From: Callorhinchus milii
Lineage: Eukaryota
Assembly: GCF_018977255.1 (NCBI RefSeq)
Contig: NW_024704742.1
Span: forward strand, 93,622,001-93,686,000
Reading direction: 5' to 3'
DNA: 64,000 nucleotides
The notes under the pieces were generated by a model. It saw only the letters and a list, made by a program, of their open reading frames with translations. It was not told the DNA's origin and made no database searches. Positions 63,411 to 64,000 of the stretch are shown here, piece after piece (positions within the stretch are counted from its first letter, which is position 1; each line of letters opens with the position of its first letter). The position numbers were made by a program, and so were the translations under genes.

Positions 63411-64000
63411 CAACAACAATAACAATTTGGATTTATATAGCGCCCTCCACGCCAGACGGAGTCTCAGAGCGCGTCACAGTAACGGATCCCGGGGCCGAGC
63501 CAGGGGGAGGATGGTGACCAAAGGCGCGGTCGAAAAGAAAGGTCTTCAGCTGAGACTTGAAAGTGGGAAGAGAGGGGGCGAGGCGAAGGAGTGAGGAAGG
63601 GAGTTCCAGAGCCTTGGAGCGAAGTGGCTGAAGACACGGCCGCCGATGGTGGAGCGGAGGACTCGGGGGACAAGGAGGAGGGCAGACCCGGTGGAGCGAA
63701 GGCAACAGGCACTGTTGTGAGGAGAGAGGTCAGAGAGGTAGGGGGTGCAGAGGAGTGGAGGGATTTGAAGACATCTTGAGGATCTTGAAGTTGATCCTTT
63801 CTGGTTCAGGCAGCCCGTGCAGTCTGGCAAGGACTGGGTAATCGGGGAGCGGAGTTTGGTGCGGGCAGGAATGCGGGCGGCAGAGTTTTGTATGACCTGG
63901 ATTTTATGAACGGTAGTGGAGGGGAGACCGGCAAGGAGTACATTTGAAGAGTCCAGCCGAGAGATGACAAAGGCATGGACCAGGGTTTCAGCGGCTTTTG
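63411..64000 (-). mobile_element. L2 LINE 3' part, running off the window end
   Basis: CLRSTGSALLLVPRVLRSTIGGRVFSHFAPRLWNSLP and FKSQLKTFLFDRAF. Same subfamily as 19200-19577. Confidence 0.92.

Noticed and set aside
56507..64000. Next upstream ERCC6L2 exon (expected to end ...SGKMK)
   Set aside because: Not found by eye. ORFs 58764-58949 and 62838-63023 do not match, so the exon probably lies outside the window.
1..64000. CRISPR arrays, operons or other prokaryotic systems
   Set aside because: The sequence is clearly a spliced vertebrate locus. The recurring repeats are dispersed retroposons, not regularly spaced arrays.

Overview
Vertebrate nuclear DNA, AT-rich and dense in repeats. The repeat families and the gene sequence suggest a cartilaginous fish, probably a chimaera or shark; this is an inference. 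The only protein-coding gene I can support is the 3' half of ERCC6L2 (RAD26L/HEBO, an SNF2-family DNA translocase) on the minus strand. Ten exons from 56506 down to the stop at 26228 splice in frame and encode the helicase C-terminal domain, the VIGSSK motif and the long C-terminal region; the 5' exons probably lie beyond the window. The rest is intron or intergenic sequence holding tRNA-Ala-derived Deu-type SINEs, L2 and CR1 LINE fragments, Penelope-like (PLE) fragments, one LTR-like segment and one unclassified retroposon. The best observation is an 80-bp antisense L2 3' tail with a 13-bp target-site duplication (93 bp, 31 codons) sitting in frame inside the large ERCC6L2 coding exon. Other notable points are a GC-AG intron required to keep helicase motif VI in frame, hammerhead-ribozyme-like cores in the PLE fragments, nested insertions, a perfect 178-bp tandem duplication, and a repeat-poor candidate enhancer block with tandem PBX-HOX motifs. 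Most short ORFs in the supplied track are spurious or repeat-derived. I see no evidence of a wholly new multi-gene system.
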